61,819 nucleotides of DNA, from IMG/VR virus record IMGVR_UViG_3300020046_003388, one strand, 5' to 3'. The notes beneath the pieces are model-generated. The model was not told the origin of the DNA. It did not search any database and was given only the letters and a program-made list of their open reading frames with translations. This document shows positions 18,725 to 29,207 of the stretch, piece after piece. Position 1 is the first letter of the stretch; each line of letters starts with the position of its first letter. This stretch comes from an uncultured virus (IMG/VR IMGVR_UViG_3300020046_003388) (lineage: Duplodnaviria; Heunggongvirae; Uroviricota; Caudoviricetes). A program made the translations under genes and the position numbers.

Positions 18725-19975
18725 ATGACTCTACCTATCATCCAAAACGTAGTAGCTAGGTTCAAGCTTGCAGATTCCATTGGGGACCCAAGTGCCCTCA
18801 TTCGAGAGTTTGAAGTAGTACTCAATACTATGGCTTCGTTCGAGGCCAAGCTTCCTCAGGCAAGGGCAGCAGAGAACATACTCAAAGAGGCCCAAAGGAT
18901 AGCCATTCTCCCTATTCAAAGCCGCCCCCCTTCAACGCCTGAAGGAGATAACGCAGTACGAAATGCTGGGCGGGAGTATGCCGTCCACAAGTCCACTTTC
19001 GCATCGGCTGTGAAGTACTCCTACCCTAGATTCCAGAGATCTGGGTACGCTCTGTTCTTCTCTCTCCTCCAGCAGTATGACCTCCCCCCAAAAATCCGTA
19101 AAGGGGTTGAAGCTGCGGCGAAGTACTACGCGAAGAGTAGAATCAATGTGAACCCAAAGCAATGGGAAGTTCTTGACTTGTTCGAGAAGTACATGAGCTT
19201 GTACCGAGAGCAATTTGAGCTAGCGACGATTGCGCTTACTCAGAGTAAGCATCGAGTAGAGGGTGAGGAGGGGTCCTCTGCAAAGCTAATCAAAGCTGGC
19301 CCGTTTACCATTGTGAACACTGGTGGGTTTGACGAGAAGGTCATACAGACGGTATCGGAGGTAGTAGAGAAAGCAGCTAGCCTGCTTCAGCGTAAGGGGC
19401 TAGGTAAGGTGTGCTACGGGGACATCCTAATCACAAATACCCTACTGAAGTCAAACGTCCTTGCCTTCTACATGTCCGACAAGGACGAGCTATTTGTTCG
19501 AGCCAACTTACGCAAGGGGCATGATGTTGTCCGTCTCGTGATCCATGAGCTAGGGCATAGGCTCCATTGGAAGTTCCTTAAGTCAAAAGACAAGGACCTC
19601 CAGATGCTCTACTACAACCTAGGTAGGTCGGAGCAGGATCGAGTGCGGGAGCTACTCAACAACCCTGAGTCCCATCCCAAGCCAGGGGAGACGATGCAGT
19701 CCAAGGGTAAGACCTACGAGGTCGTTAGAACGGTCTACGACAAGGTTCACCTAGTAAGGCAAGATGATCCTAAGCACACGGCAACTCTTCCACTTCTGAA
19801 TTGGATTGAGATGAAGTCTGGGCTTACGACTGGACTGGACCTTACTCCAGACTCTGCCTTCATCACGGGGTACGCGAAGACGAGTTACAAAGAGAACTTT
19901 GCCGAGATGGTGGCATTCTATTGCTTGGACCAACTACCTGACGCCCAAGTGAAGATGCTAGAAGCCATCCTATGA
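18725..19975 (+). CDS. HExxH zincin (anthrax lethal factor-like motif spacing) domain protein
   Basis: VIHELGHRLH and ITGYAKTSYKENFAEM; N-terminal NVVARF motif. Confidence 0.78.
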   Translation: MTLPIIQNVVARFKLADSIGDPSALIREFEVVLNTMASFEAKLPQARAAENILKEAQRIAILPIQSRPPSTPEGDNAVRNAGREYAVHKSTFASAVKYSYPRFQRSGYALFFSLLQQYDLPPKIRKGVEAAAKYYAKSRINVNPKQWEVLDLFEKYMSLYREQFELATIALTQSKHRVEGEEGSSAKLIKAGPFTIVNTGGFDEKVIQTVSEVVEKAASLLQRKGLGKVCYGDILITNTLLKSNVLAFYMSDKDELFVRANLRKGHDVVRLVIHELGHRLHWKFLKSKDKDLQMLYYNLGRSEQDRVRELLNNPESHPKPGETMQSKGKTYEVVRTVYDKVHLVRQDDPKHTATLPLLNWIEMKSGLTTGLDLTPDSAFITGYAKTSYKENFAEMVAFYCLDQLPDAQVKMLEAIL

Positions 19976-20325
19976 AGTTATTTCTTGATGACATGCGTCG
20001 GGAACCAGTTGGTTGGGATCGAGTCCTTACCGCAGATGCGTGCATTGAAGTTCTTAGCGATCAGCGCTACGTACGAGTGGAAGAGCTTTCGTTAGACCAC
20101 GACTTGCATGAGGAGCACTACGATACCTCACGAGACCCGACAACGTACCAACACAAGACGGGTATGGCTGTTGTGGATTGGCTAGCTAATGCGCACATAG
20201 ACCTGTGGCCCGCAATCATTTACGTGCATTCCCTGAACGAGCGCGCACGAGGGGAGATGGTCAAAAGATTGAAGGGGTATGCGCCTCCTGAGGTGCAAGT
20301 ATTCGACAGGCCTAGACTCTACTAG
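19972..20325 (+). CDS. Cyclic-phosphate-processing receiver-like domain protein
   Basis: MKLFLDDxR, LSLDHDL, KTGM.VVDWL, IYVHSLN. Confidence 0.78.
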   Translation: MKLFLDDMRREPVGWDRVLTADACIEVLSDQRYVRVEELSLDHDLHEEHYDTSRDPTTYQHKTGMAVVDWLANAHIDLWPAIIYVHSLNERARGEMVKRLKGYAPPEVQVFDRPRLY

Positions 20326-20360
20326 GCCGAACTTCTTTTGATACTCTACCTCAGGGTAGG

Positions 20361-21602
20361 ATGCCAAACTCAATTGACCGAATTGCACATAGGGTACACT
20401 CAATTGACCGAATTGCACATAGGGTACTAACTCGACTTGCTGCCGAGCGAATCGCAAGTCGATACCTCTATGCGAAACTCTTTCTGGCTATGTCCCTTCA
20501 AGAGGCAAAGGTCATTCTAGGGTTTCCTCCTCAAGCCTTCCCAACCGCAGATGAGATTACAAAGGCCTATCGTAGGAAGGCCATTGAGAATCATCCTGAC
20601 CGTGGGGGCAGTCACGAGAAGATGGTAGAGGTCAACGTAGCTAAGGACATCTTGGACGGTAAGAGCCGTGCAACCTTCCGACCTGAACCTCCACCCCCTC
20701 GCCCAAAGCCACCACCTCCTAAGGAGCCAGATGAAGTTCTTGAGGGGCAGTCCTTTGAGGACGCTATGGGTAACTCAGGAGTTCCCGCTGGCGTAGAGTG
20801 GAAGTTCATTTCCATTCCAGAGTGGTATTGGGAAAAGAGCTTCTACCCCAGTCATCGAATCTGGGTACTCTACGGGCAAACCGATGAAAAGCATGTGTTC
20901 CTAGCTCTCAAGCAGAGAGGGGAGAGTTCAGGCACTGTCCCTACAGATAAGGGTCAGACGAAGATCATGAAGGATTGGCAGTCTAGTGAGATTGACGTCC
21001 CAATCTCACAGAACATTGCCAAAATTGCGGCAAAGTATATCAAACTCCTAGCCGATGGTTGGACAGATGTGCCGAAGATGCCAACCCCAAAGAAGTACAT
21101 CGCTTGGTCTGGTGGTAAACCTACTGAAGTCCTAGTTGAGAAGACGCCTCGATCGGGTGGAGCTGCTTTGAAGGATATTCTTGCAGGTACTGGACTACTT
21201 AACGATGATGACCCAACCATTACCGGACGTAAGAGTGTTGTTGAGGTCTTCACGAAGACCTCAATGGAACGCTACAATCGTTGCAAGAAACTCAAGGCAG
21301 AGGGTAAGATCCCTTACGTCACCAACGCTCACCAGTACGACTTCTTTGTTCGTGTAAATGGGAAGACAGAGCAGTTGGAGGATGAAACCATCGAGAAGAT
21401 GATTCGTGTGTTCATCCCATTCGTCCTAAGCTGGGAGATTAGCGAAGGGGCCCCGAAGAACCTCACGCGTATGCGTGGTGGTCGCCTCAAGATTGGCCCC
21501 AAAGAGGCGATTGCTGAGCTACTGAAGTGCCTGACGGGAGAGCCCGCCTGGTTGAAAGAAGCGCTCAAGAAAGCGGTAGACGAGTACCCGGAGTCTACCT
21601 AA
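20361..21602 (+). CDS. J-domain (DnaJ-like) protein with unknown C-terminal domain
   Basis: EAKVILG..ITKAYRRKAIENHPDRGGSHEKMVEVNVAKDIL (HPD motif); Pro-rich linker. Confidence 0.85.
   Translation: MPNSIDRIAHRVHSIDRIAHRVLTRLAAERIASRYLYAKLFLAMSLQEAKVILGFPPQAFPTADEITKAYRRKAIENHPDRGGSHEKMVEVNVAKDILDGKSRATFRPEPPPPRPKPPPPKEPDEVLEGQSFEDAMGNSGVPAGVEWKFISIPEWYWEKSFYPSHRIWVLYGQTDEKHVFLALKQRGESSGTVPTDKGQTKIMKDWQSSEIDVPISQNIAKIAAKYIKLLADGWTDVPKMPTPKKYIAWSGGKPTEVLVEKTPRSGGAALKDILAGTGLLNDDDPTITGRKSVVEVFTKTSMERYNRCKKLKAEGKIPYVTNAHQYDFFVRVNGKTEQLEDETIEKMIRVFIPFVLSWEISEGAPKNLTRMRGGRLKIGPKEAIAELLKCLTGEPAWLKEALKKAVDEYPEST
20368..20427 (+). repeat. 30-bp tandem duplication encoding SIDRIAHRV twice
   Basis: actcaattgaccgaattgcacatagggtac x2, in frame. 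Confidence 0.9.
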
Positions 21603-21753
21603 TGAGTGACTTAGTTGTCACCAGGAACGTAGTTGCTAGGTTTCAGCGGATCTCTCAGACTTACCTGAGGAGGCGGCTACGTGTGAGGAATGTCTGAGGA
21701 GATTCGCTAAGTTAGAAGCTAAAGGCGAGGCCATTTTCTCGAACGGGTATTGA
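21602..21753 (+). pseudogene. Short or frameshifted gene remnant
   Basis: MSDLVVTRNVVARFQR... stops at 21697; another frame continues SDLPEEAATCEECLRRFAKLEAKGEAIFSNGY to TGA 21753. Confidence 0.45.
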
Positions 21754-21796
21754 AAGTAGACCACGGTGGGGTCGGGGTAAGGTAAGATGTCAACCA

Positions 21797-22762
21797 ATGT
21801 CAACTACTGCCAAACAACGTTTACTGTTAGCTGCAAATCGCATCGCAAGTCGTTATAGGAGTCTAGGAGTAACAGCAACCAAGGAATCGGAAGAGATAGT
21901 TGGGGAAACCTCCGAGCAGCTTAAAGATTCAGAGGCTATCAGAAGTGTCGTAGCAAGATTTTCCCAGACTCAGAGCGATCGTGGTGGGTCGGAAACCTCA
22001 AACCGGATTGCTTTGAGACAGTACTTAGCGTCTCAAACCGCAAGAGCTGAGGTAAAGGCTGAGGTAAAGGCTGATCTTTACACTCCAACCCACCCTCCTA
22101 TTGTGGCTCCGGCTCCTGTTCGGTCATCCTCAGTTGCAGTTCAACCCGAGCTTCCAAAATCCCCCCCACCCAAAGTTGTAGCTGAGCCCTTAGCACCTAG
22201 AGTGTTGGGTTCTTCGGTAGCTTTTGATGAGTTCGAGATTACATTTGAGGAAGAAGAAGAAGAACCTGAAGCTTCTACCCTTGAAGAACCTGAGGCTACC
22301 CTCCTTGAGGCCTCTACCCTTGAAGAAGAACCTGAGGTTCCAAAAGAAGAGGTATCCGTTCCTGTCCTTCTACCTGTAGTGAGTTCCTCCCAAATCGAGG
22401 AGGTCCCTGGTCTTGTTGAGGATCGCGTTGCTGAGGCTAAGTCAATCCTTGATGCTGCAAGTGCTCTTAGCGCACTAAAGTCCCTAGGCGTGCCGGTTGA
22501 CATAGAAGCGTACTGTAAAAAGTTCAAGATTCCGTTTGGGCAAGAAGTCCCAAAAGAGACCTCTCCCGTGAAGCCCGCTCCAACTGCCAAGGTGGAGCAA
22601 CCTAATGCTGAGTTGGAGCGCTCGTTTGCAGAGAGAAATGCTGCCTTTCTTGCTGATCTAAAAGACTATAGCAAGTTAGGTCTGACTTTTGACTTAGCCC
22701 AACTTGCTGCTTTACATGGCGTACCCGTGCCGACCAAGAAGGATGACTTAGATGATCTATAA
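21797..22762 (+). CDS. hypothetical acidic, Pro-rich protein
   Basis: NRIASRY and SVVARF motifs; EASTLEE repeats; duplicated LGxxxD..L...xxP C-terminal unit. Confidence 0.75.
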   Translation: MSTTAKQRLLLAANRIASRYRSLGVTATKESEEIVGETSEQLKDSEAIRSVVARFSQTQSDRGGSETSNRIALRQYLASQTARAEVKAEVKADLYTPTHPPIVAPAPVRSSSVAVQPELPKSPPPKVVAEPLAPRVLGSSVAFDEFEITFEEEEEEPEASTLEEPEATLLEASTLEEEPEVPKEEVSVPVLLPVVSSSQIEEVPGLVEDRVAEAKSILDAASALSALKSLGVPVDIEAYCKKFKIPFGQEVPKETSPVKPAPTAKVEQPNAELERSFAERNAAFLADLKDYSKLGLTFDLAQLAALHGVPVPTKKDDLDDL

Positions 22763-23162
22763 CTCCTGTGTGGATGACGCAGCACGAGCGTTAATCGACT
22801 TTGACAGCGATACCTTCTATGGGATGTTAGTTACGTCCTCTTACACTCCAAACAAGGACACCCATACCAAACGTAGTGACATTACAAATGAAGTTGTGGG
22901 TACTGGTTATACTGCGGGAGGGGCCGTGAGTGCAACTACTGTTACAAAGGACAATGGGACTGACAAGGTTACCATTACATTCGCTTCGATTGTTTGGCCA
23001 GCATCAACCATTACGGCTCGCGCATGTGTTTTGTACAAGCGACGTGGTGGTGCTGCTTCAGCTGACGAGTTAGTCGCTCATGTTGACTTTGGCAGTGATG
23101 TCACATCAACCTCTGGTTCATTTACAGTAACGTTCTCAACTCCAATCACCTACCAAAACTGA
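22752..23162 (+). CDS. putative virion structural (tail-associated) protein
   Basis: IYNS..IDFDSDTF..MLVTSSYTP..TH....EVVGTGYTAGG pattern typical of phage tail-region proteins. Confidence 0.7.
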   Translation: MIYNSCVDDAARALIDFDSDTFYGMLVTSSYTPNKDTHTKRSDITNEVVGTGYTAGGAVSATTVTKDNGTDKVTITFASIVWPASTITARACVLYKRRGGAASADELVAHVDFGSDVTSTSGSFTVTFSTPITYQN

Positions 23163-23197
23163 CTCTAAGGCATTCAGCCAACTAGCTAGGACCCACT

Positions 23198-25393
23198 ATG
23201 CCAATCATCTCAGATCCCGACAACCTTTCTCAGGGCGCCAGTACTGTAGCGGCTGCCGTCGTATGGACTGCTGCTGGCGCAGTGGCCACGATCACGTCTG
23301 CTGCCACGCTTCCAGCCATAGCAGCGGGGCAGTACTTTGTAGTTAGAGGTCGCGCTCTCGCTGTCAACAACGGGCTATACAAGGAGTCTGGCGGGGCACC
23401 AACGACGAGCAGCATTATTGCTACAAAGGTCAGCGGAGCGAGCCCTTCAACTGAGGGCAGTGCATCGACGACCTTTTTAGGTACAACTGGTAATCGTCCG
23501 AATATCTTCTACGATACTGCCGGTCGTCTCGTGTACCTGCTTGAGCAGAATGGGCTTGGGTTCGAAGGGGTGCTCGGGCAAACTGTCTACTCGAAGATGA
23601 TGATTGACTGGAAGAACGACGCCTTCCTGATTGCCAACGCCCCGTTTCCAATGTTGTGTATCGACGCTTTCGCAGGCAAGTACCTGATTGGGCAGGATGC
23701 CTCAGGTAATAACAACGGTTGGAACTGGGCAGATAAGACCAGCCCAGCAACGATCCGAACTCGTAAGCTACTTAGGAATATGGGCTGGTCAGAACTTGAC
23801 GCAAACGGAGTAACTCTGGCGACTTACGCTGGTATCAAGACTCTAGGTACGTTTGAGGATTCGACGCCATCAACAGGAGATAGAGCATACTATCAGTTCG
23901 GGTCTGACACGACGGTTGACGACACTGTGGACTTCGACTTTACGGGCCCAGTCAATGAGGCAATCAAGTGCTTCTCTGAGATCGGGAATCCTGCAACATG
24001 TACCTTTGCTACAACTAGTACTATCACTCGTGCATCTGGCTCTTTTATCACAGATGGGTACAAGGTTGGAGGTAAGGTCAGAGTTCGCGTAGCCACAGTG
24101 GGAGGCAACAATGGAGCATGGACTCTCACTTCGGTAGCTGCACTGACACTGACAGTGTCTGGTACGCCGTTCACGGTAGGTGCCGACGCTGCGGCGCAAC
24201 TCGGTCCAGACAATACTGGAGCGTTGTCTCTTCGGTTGCGAGTGCGAGACGCGGACGCTAAGGGTAAAACCTACGCCGCTGCCAACCTGGCTTCGGGTGG
24301 TTTCAGTGCCCTTGCCAACGCCCTTTTTGCGTTCCCGCTATCAAATGGTGGTGACCAGAAAATTGACGCGACGGACGTAACGATCGATGGCAGTAGTCCG
24401 TACACTGGCATGTCTCTCACGATTCACCCTACCCCGCAGTCTCTCGGTGGGGGCGGTGTCCTCGTAGGCGGCCCGTTCAACTTCGGGTTCACTCTGAACG
24501 CAAACGGAGGAACCTCCCAACAGCTTCACGAGTGGGTACAGCGACAACTACGGAAGACAACTGACATCGACGCTGACGCCTCTACGGCGATCGGTCGAGA
24601 GATCGACGGCTTAGGTCGCTTTATCGGAGACTCCTATCAGGGGGGTATTGATCTGGCCGGGAACTTCCCGAGCAATCCACAGGGTGGGGGATCTGGTGTC
24701 TACATCACCGGACTTGCAAGCGGCTCGAAGAACTCTACGAGCATGTATGACAACACTGGTACTTCTCGTGGGTACCCGATCGGAACGCCAGTTACGCTTG
24801 ACTTCAACCAGACCTTGATTGACGATTCGGTAGCGGCATATACGTTGTTCTTTGATCGTACGATTCGGAACACCATCACGGACCTTGCGATCAACGCTGT
24901 ATCTGGTTCAACTGGAACTTTCACTAGTGCTGGTGCTAACCTTCCAGCGTCGTTGAATAGGGGCGTCGGAGCATACATTCGGGTGTATATCAGTCTAGGC
25001 CACGCGATGAATGGTATCTATCAGGTGACGGCTCTTACGAGCACCTCAAGCTGGAACGTTACTCGGTGGGATGGTGCCACGATCGCGACTGTAGCCTCTG
25101 GTTCCAAGCTGATTGACCAGAACTGCATCGATACCCCAGATGCGATCATTGTGAAGAGTGATTCTGGGGCAGATGTGACTGGACTTACTACTGCCGACTT
25201 CTCATTTACGTTTGACTACTCGAACAATGTTCAAGGGGGGCGGACTGGAGCCACCGATGCAGACGTGGTTGCGAGAGCGATTGGTCAATCAACTGCGCAG
25301 TTTGCACAGAGCACTGTCCAGACTATACAAAGCGCAATTGCTAAGACTATTCCAGTAACGGCTAACATCGAGCGTAACTTCAGCAATCCATAG
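23198..25393 (+). CDS. putative tail/virion structural protein (731 aa)
   Basis: Thr/Gly/Ala-rich beta composition; starts IISDPD; ends ERNFSNP. Confidence 0.7.
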   Translation: MPIISDPDNLSQGASTVAAAVVWTAAGAVATITSAATLPAIAAGQYFVVRGRALAVNNGLYKESGGAPTTSSIIATKVSGASPSTEGSASTTFLGTTGNRPNIFYDTAGRLVYLLEQNGLGFEGVLGQTVYSKMMIDWKNDAFLIANAPFPMLCIDAFAGKYLIGQDASGNNNGWNWADKTSPATIRTRKLLRNMGWSELDANGVTLATYAGIKTLGTFEDSTPSTGDRAYYQFGSDTTVDDTVDFDFTGPVNEAIKCFSEIGNPATCTFATTSTITRASGSFITDGYKVGGKVRVRVATVGGNNGAWTLTSVAALTLTVSGTPFTVGADAAAQLGPDNTGALSLRLRVRDADAKGKTYAAANLASGGFSALANALFAFPLSNGGDQKIDATDVTIDGSSPYTGMSLTIHPTPQSLGGGGVLVGGPFNFGFTLNANGGTSQQLHEWVQRQLRKTTDIDADASTAIGREIDGLGRFIGDSYQGGIDLAGNFPSNPQGGGSGVYITGLASGSKNSTSMYDNTGTSRGYPIGTPVTLDFNQTLIDDSVAAYTLFFDRTIRNTITDLAINAVSGSTGTFTSAGANLPASLNRGVGAYIRVYISLGHAMNGIYQVTALTSTSSWNVTRWDGATIATVASGSKLIDQNCIDTPDAIIVKSDSGADVTGLTTADFSFTFDYSNNVQGGRTGATDADVVARAIGQSTAQFAQSTVQTIQSAIAKTIPVTANIERNFSNP

Positions 25394-25408
25394 TAACAAG
25401 AGCGTTGA

Positions 25409-28400
25409 ATGGCGACTTATACAATCACGACGCCTGTCAACATTGATACGCTTGCTACCAAGGTTGGGAGCGATACGTACAACATCAACGGTGGGTACCT
25501 CACCGTTGATCAGGACACGCGATACGGAAAGAATCAGAACACTAGTGCGGCCATGGGTAACCTAACCCTGTCGGCCACACTAGGGGGTACTGTAGAATTC
25601 AACTCGACCCTTGTACGAATCATCCCATACAACACAGGGACTGGGGTTGTGCCTGCGTATGACACGACCATCACTCGTGGCAGCGCAAGCGGTAAGTTGA
25701 TCGGGGTGTACGCGACTCTTGCGTCTGCTCCGACAGCTGTTGCGGCATCTATGCCAGCCTCTGGATTTATCAAGATTCGCCAGTGGAATAGCGTCGCCTA
25801 TTCCACTGGTGCGTTGACAGGTATTAGTGCGACAGCCACAGCAGCGGATCGTGCTGGGTGGCTGGAGATCGTGGGCGTAGATGCGCTTACGATGACCTGT
25901 AACCGACTCGGGACCTTCAAGGTTCGTGGCGATTGGTTCGACCTTGGCACCACAGATGGTACGAGAGCGACGACATACCAGATTCCTAGTAATGGTGCCC
26001 TAGTATATCTGCCTGGGGTATGGGTCGAGACTGCGGTAGCCTCAAACTTATATGAATTTTACCCATGTGCAGGGTCGACAACTGCGCTGCTGGCAAACAT
26101 CGCGACAGATGAGGTGCGAGGGAGGTGGTGCTGGATCTCAACAGCAGGGCTGTTGAGATTTGGGCATGATGGTACAAATAGTACTGGGGGGTTCATTCCT
26201 GGAAGCGGGCGAAAGATCCGAATCCCTAGTATTTTCTTCATGTGCTGTACAGCAGCAGGTCCAACAGTCAACGTACTACCTAACGCGACGCTAGCAACGA
26301 GAATGGAGTTTGCGACAACGGGCGGAGGTGTGCTCGACATCCAGAACGCATGTTTCAATTGGTACTTGAATCTCAATCAACCTTACTCGGTAGCACTTAC
26401 GAACGTTGCGACGTTCTCGAACTTAACTCTAACCGAGTGTGCAACAGCTATTGCGTGGTCCCACGTTGGAGTAGGACAGGAGGCTCAGACTACGAACTTC
26501 GGATTGCTAATGAGCCTAAATTTCGCAGGTGGTACAATGTCTAATTGTACGTTCACTCGCGCACTGATGGCCTCATCTGGAAACTACACTACGTCCCAAA
26601 CTGATATTTTTGGGTTTGTATGCACTAACGAGCGCATGCACATGATAGGTGGTGCAAGAGGTAACGCCACTACTGGCTCTAAGAATCTTGTGCGAGGGTC
26701 GAGTTGTTCGTGGACGAACACAACACTCACCGGGGGTGGACGCATCTTCCTCACTACATGTACCGATGTTACATACACAAACACCGTATACGCAGATCAT
26801 CAGGCAACAACGACGAACACCACAATCCCTATGTATATATTCGACATGGGAGTCAACTGTCTGCGTGTGGTGATGGACGGGCTCACATTCGGTGGGCTCA
26901 CGTTAGTGCAACCCTACAGCGGCATACTCAATATTGTGGCGGCTGGTTGCACAAAGATTAAGCTTAGGAATATAGGCACCTACGCTAGCCCTCTATCTTT
27001 AGGGGCCACACGCCAAGACCTTGTGGCCTGGACACGAACCACCACAACGGCCACGGTCACGAAGGTTGCACATGGGCTCAAAGTTAACGATATTGTGTAT
27101 GTGCCAGTGTCAAGCGACATCGCAGCCATCGTTGTTGGCGCAAAGACCGTCGCTACTGTGGTATCTGCCGATGTATTTACGTTCGCATGCCTGAGCGCTG
27201 GTGGTGCCTCTGGTACGATATCGTACTACCCAACCATGAGCGCTAACGTGTTTGTGCTAGCCGCAGGAGCTGCGGCGAATGACGTAGCAATTCAGCGAGT
27301 TTATACACCCCACACTCGAACAAACCTTTACACGGCCGATAATAGTTCAAAGAGTATCCGGCTTGAGTCAGTATTTTCTGAATACGTGAACGCGTTCCTT
27401 GCGCCTCAGTTGAATGGGCGTCATCGTGGTGTAACTGGAACCCCACTCCTTACTGCACAGACCTCGGTGTATGGGACAACGTGGCTTGACGGATATGTAG
27501 CTGACGTATCGCAGAACACGAATGCACAGTCGTGGACAAGATCGTCTACGACCGTGACGGTTACGGCTAACGATCATCGGCTTCGCACAGGCCTATTCAT
27601 CGTCGTCACAACGTCGAGTTCGACGACCCCACTTCCGTTGGGCCAGTACACAGTGACCGTGCTCACCTCGAACACATTCACGATCGTAGGGGTAAACAGC
27701 GGAGCGACAAGTGGTACATTGTCATTCGATCCACTTGTCGGCCGGGTGGCGATCCAAATGAACGAGGCGAGCCCAGACGTGGTAGCCTACACGATTGATG
27801 CGGGGGTTGCAGCATTCACAAGTACAGGTAGCCTCTTCATGCCAAACGTTGGTGATCAAGTGACATTCAACCCCCCTGTTACGTACTCGACTAGAGAGGC
27901 GATTCGCGGGCATGCTAGGTTTCCGATTGCCGAGGCACTTATGGCTGGCGGCACAATCAATAACTATGACATTACGTACTCGCTAGACAAGAATGACGGA
28001 TCTGGGTACGGCACGTTTCACAACCTGCACTATACGAGAGCAGGTGCTGGAGGTTCGTCCGCCTCAACCACTGTGACGATGACCTCTACCACAGGCGTGG
28101 AGCCAGGTGATTACGTGCGAGGAACTGGCATAGCTCCGAACGCAAAAGTGGTTACAGTCGACAGCGGGACCAATGTGACGGTGGATATTGCAAATACCGC
28201 CACAGTATCTGGCACGCTGCGATTTTTCCATCTCCCATCCGAGACAGGTATAGACGCTTCGATAGGGTTTTTTATCAAGGTTAGGGTCAAGACAACTACG
28301 GCCAACGCAGCTGCAATCAAATCTCTACTATTCTACACCTTTGCTGACGCTACGGCTAGGGCAGCGCAGTATCAGATGGACTCCGTTGCCATCACGGTAG

Positions 28401-28648
28401 CCCCGATCGCAGCTGGGTCTGAGGTGCGTGCCTACCTTGCTGGAACAAATACCGAGGTGGATGGGACAGAAACCAGCACTGGGTCATCCCACACACTACT
28501 AGTTCCACCTAACACATCCCTGGACATACGGGTACATAACTACTCTCCAGTGGCCTATCAGCCAGCCGACTTCTATGCACAGACCTTCGCAAACGATCAG
28601 AACTTCAACCCAGTCCAGCGACTGGACCTCAATTTCTATAATCCTTGA
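25409..28648 (+). CDS. putative tail fibre/spike or virion surface protein (1079 aa)
   Basis: Beta-helix-like region; two repeated WTR.TTT.TVT...H.L..G modules; ends LNFYNP. Confidence 0.7.
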   Translation: MATYTITTPVNIDTLATKVGSDTYNINGGYLTVDQDTRYGKNQNTSAAMGNLTLSATLGGTVEFNSTLVRIIPYNTGTGVVPAYDTTITRGSASGKLIGVYATLASAPTAVAASMPASGFIKIRQWNSVAYSTGALTGISATATAADRAGWLEIVGVDALTMTCNRLGTFKVRGDWFDLGTTDGTRATTYQIPSNGALVYLPGVWVETAVASNLYEFYPCAGSTTALLANIATDEVRGRWCWISTAGLLRFGHDGTNSTGGFIPGSGRKIRIPSIFFMCCTAAGPTVNVLPNATLATRMEFATTGGGVLDIQNACFNWYLNLNQPYSVALTNVATFSNLTLTECATAIAWSHVGVGQEAQTTNFGLLMSLNFAGGTMSNCTFTRALMASSGNYTTSQTDIFGFVCTNERMHMIGGARGNATTGSKNLVRGSSCSWTNTTLTGGGRIFLTTCTDVTYTNTVYADHQATTTNTTIPMYIFDMGVNCLRVVMDGLTFGGLTLVQPYSGILNIVAAGCTKIKLRNIGTYASPLSLGATRQDLVAWTRTTTTATVTKVAHGLKVNDIVYVPVSSDIAAIVVGAKTVATVVSADVFTFACLSAGGASGTISYYPTMSANVFVLAAGAAANDVAIQRVYTPHTRTNLYTADNSSKSIRLESVFSEYVNAFLAPQLNGRHRGVTGTPLLTAQTSVYGTTWLDGYVADVSQNTNAQSWTRSSTTVTVTANDHRLRTGLFIVVTTSSSTTPLPLGQYTVTVLTSNTFTIVGVNSGATSGTLSFDPLVGRVAIQMNEASPDVVAYTIDAGVAAFTSTGSLFMPNVGDQVTFNPPVTYSTREAIRGHARFPIAEALMAGGTINNYDITYSLDKNDGSGYGTFHNLHYTRAGAGGSSASTTVTMTSTTGVEPGDYVRGTGIAPNAKVVTVDSGTNVTVDIANTATVSGTLRFFHLPSETGIDASIGFFIKVRVKTTTANAAAIKSLLFYTFADATARAAQYQMDSVAITVAPIAAGSEVRAYLAGTNTEVDGTETSTGSSHTLLVPPNTSLDIRVHNYSPVAYQPADFYAQTFANDQNFNPVQRLDLNFYNP

Positions 28649-28651
28649 CCT

Positions 28652-29203
28652 ATGGCCAACATAGTCACATTCGATCCAATCGCGCTTCTAATCGTTGAGA
28701 TCAACGTTGGCAGTCCAGCCCAGAATGTTCTTAGCGTTCTAGAGATCTACAGCGAGTGGAAGGACTGGCTACGTACGAACCCTTCTCGCCTTGGTCACCC
28801 ACAAGCATTCTCCGTGGTTGGAGGTGACCCAACGATTGGTACACAGTCCCTCGGATCAACATTCTTCCTTGAAAACGGGTGGAGACTTCGACCTGCTGAG
28901 TACAGCCACAAACTGGCACTAAGTGGAAACATCTTCCCTCGCGGAGGTGGCTCGATATTCGTGCCGACTGTGGGCGCGTTCAACGTCCACACCGAAACAC
29001 TCGTGTCTAACATCATTGACAAGGTGCAGAGCGGTTCTGGACTCGATATGACTCAAAACGAGATGTTGTTGACCCTATACCGCCTCGCTGGACTTGACCC
29101 GACCAAACCGCTCGTTGTCACCAATAACACACGAAGCGCTGGAGCTGGTATATCTCAAACCATCGTTCAAGCCTTAGGGTCCGTCACGGTCACAAGGACC
29201 TAA
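28652..29203 (+). CDS. putative structural protein
   Basis: IYSEWKDW..AFSVVGGDP..FFLENGWR; similar to the N-terminal domain of the 23198 protein. Confidence 0.7.
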   Translation: MANIVTFDPIALLIVEINVGSPAQNVLSVLEIYSEWKDWLRTNPSRLGHPQAFSVVGGDPTIGTQSLGSTFFLENGWRLRPAEYSHKLALSGNIFPRGGGSIFVPTVGAFNVHTETLVSNIIDKVQSGSGLDMTQNEMLLTLYRLAGLDPTKPLVVTNNTRSAGAGISQTIVQALGSVTVTRT

Positions 29204-29207
29204 ATTC

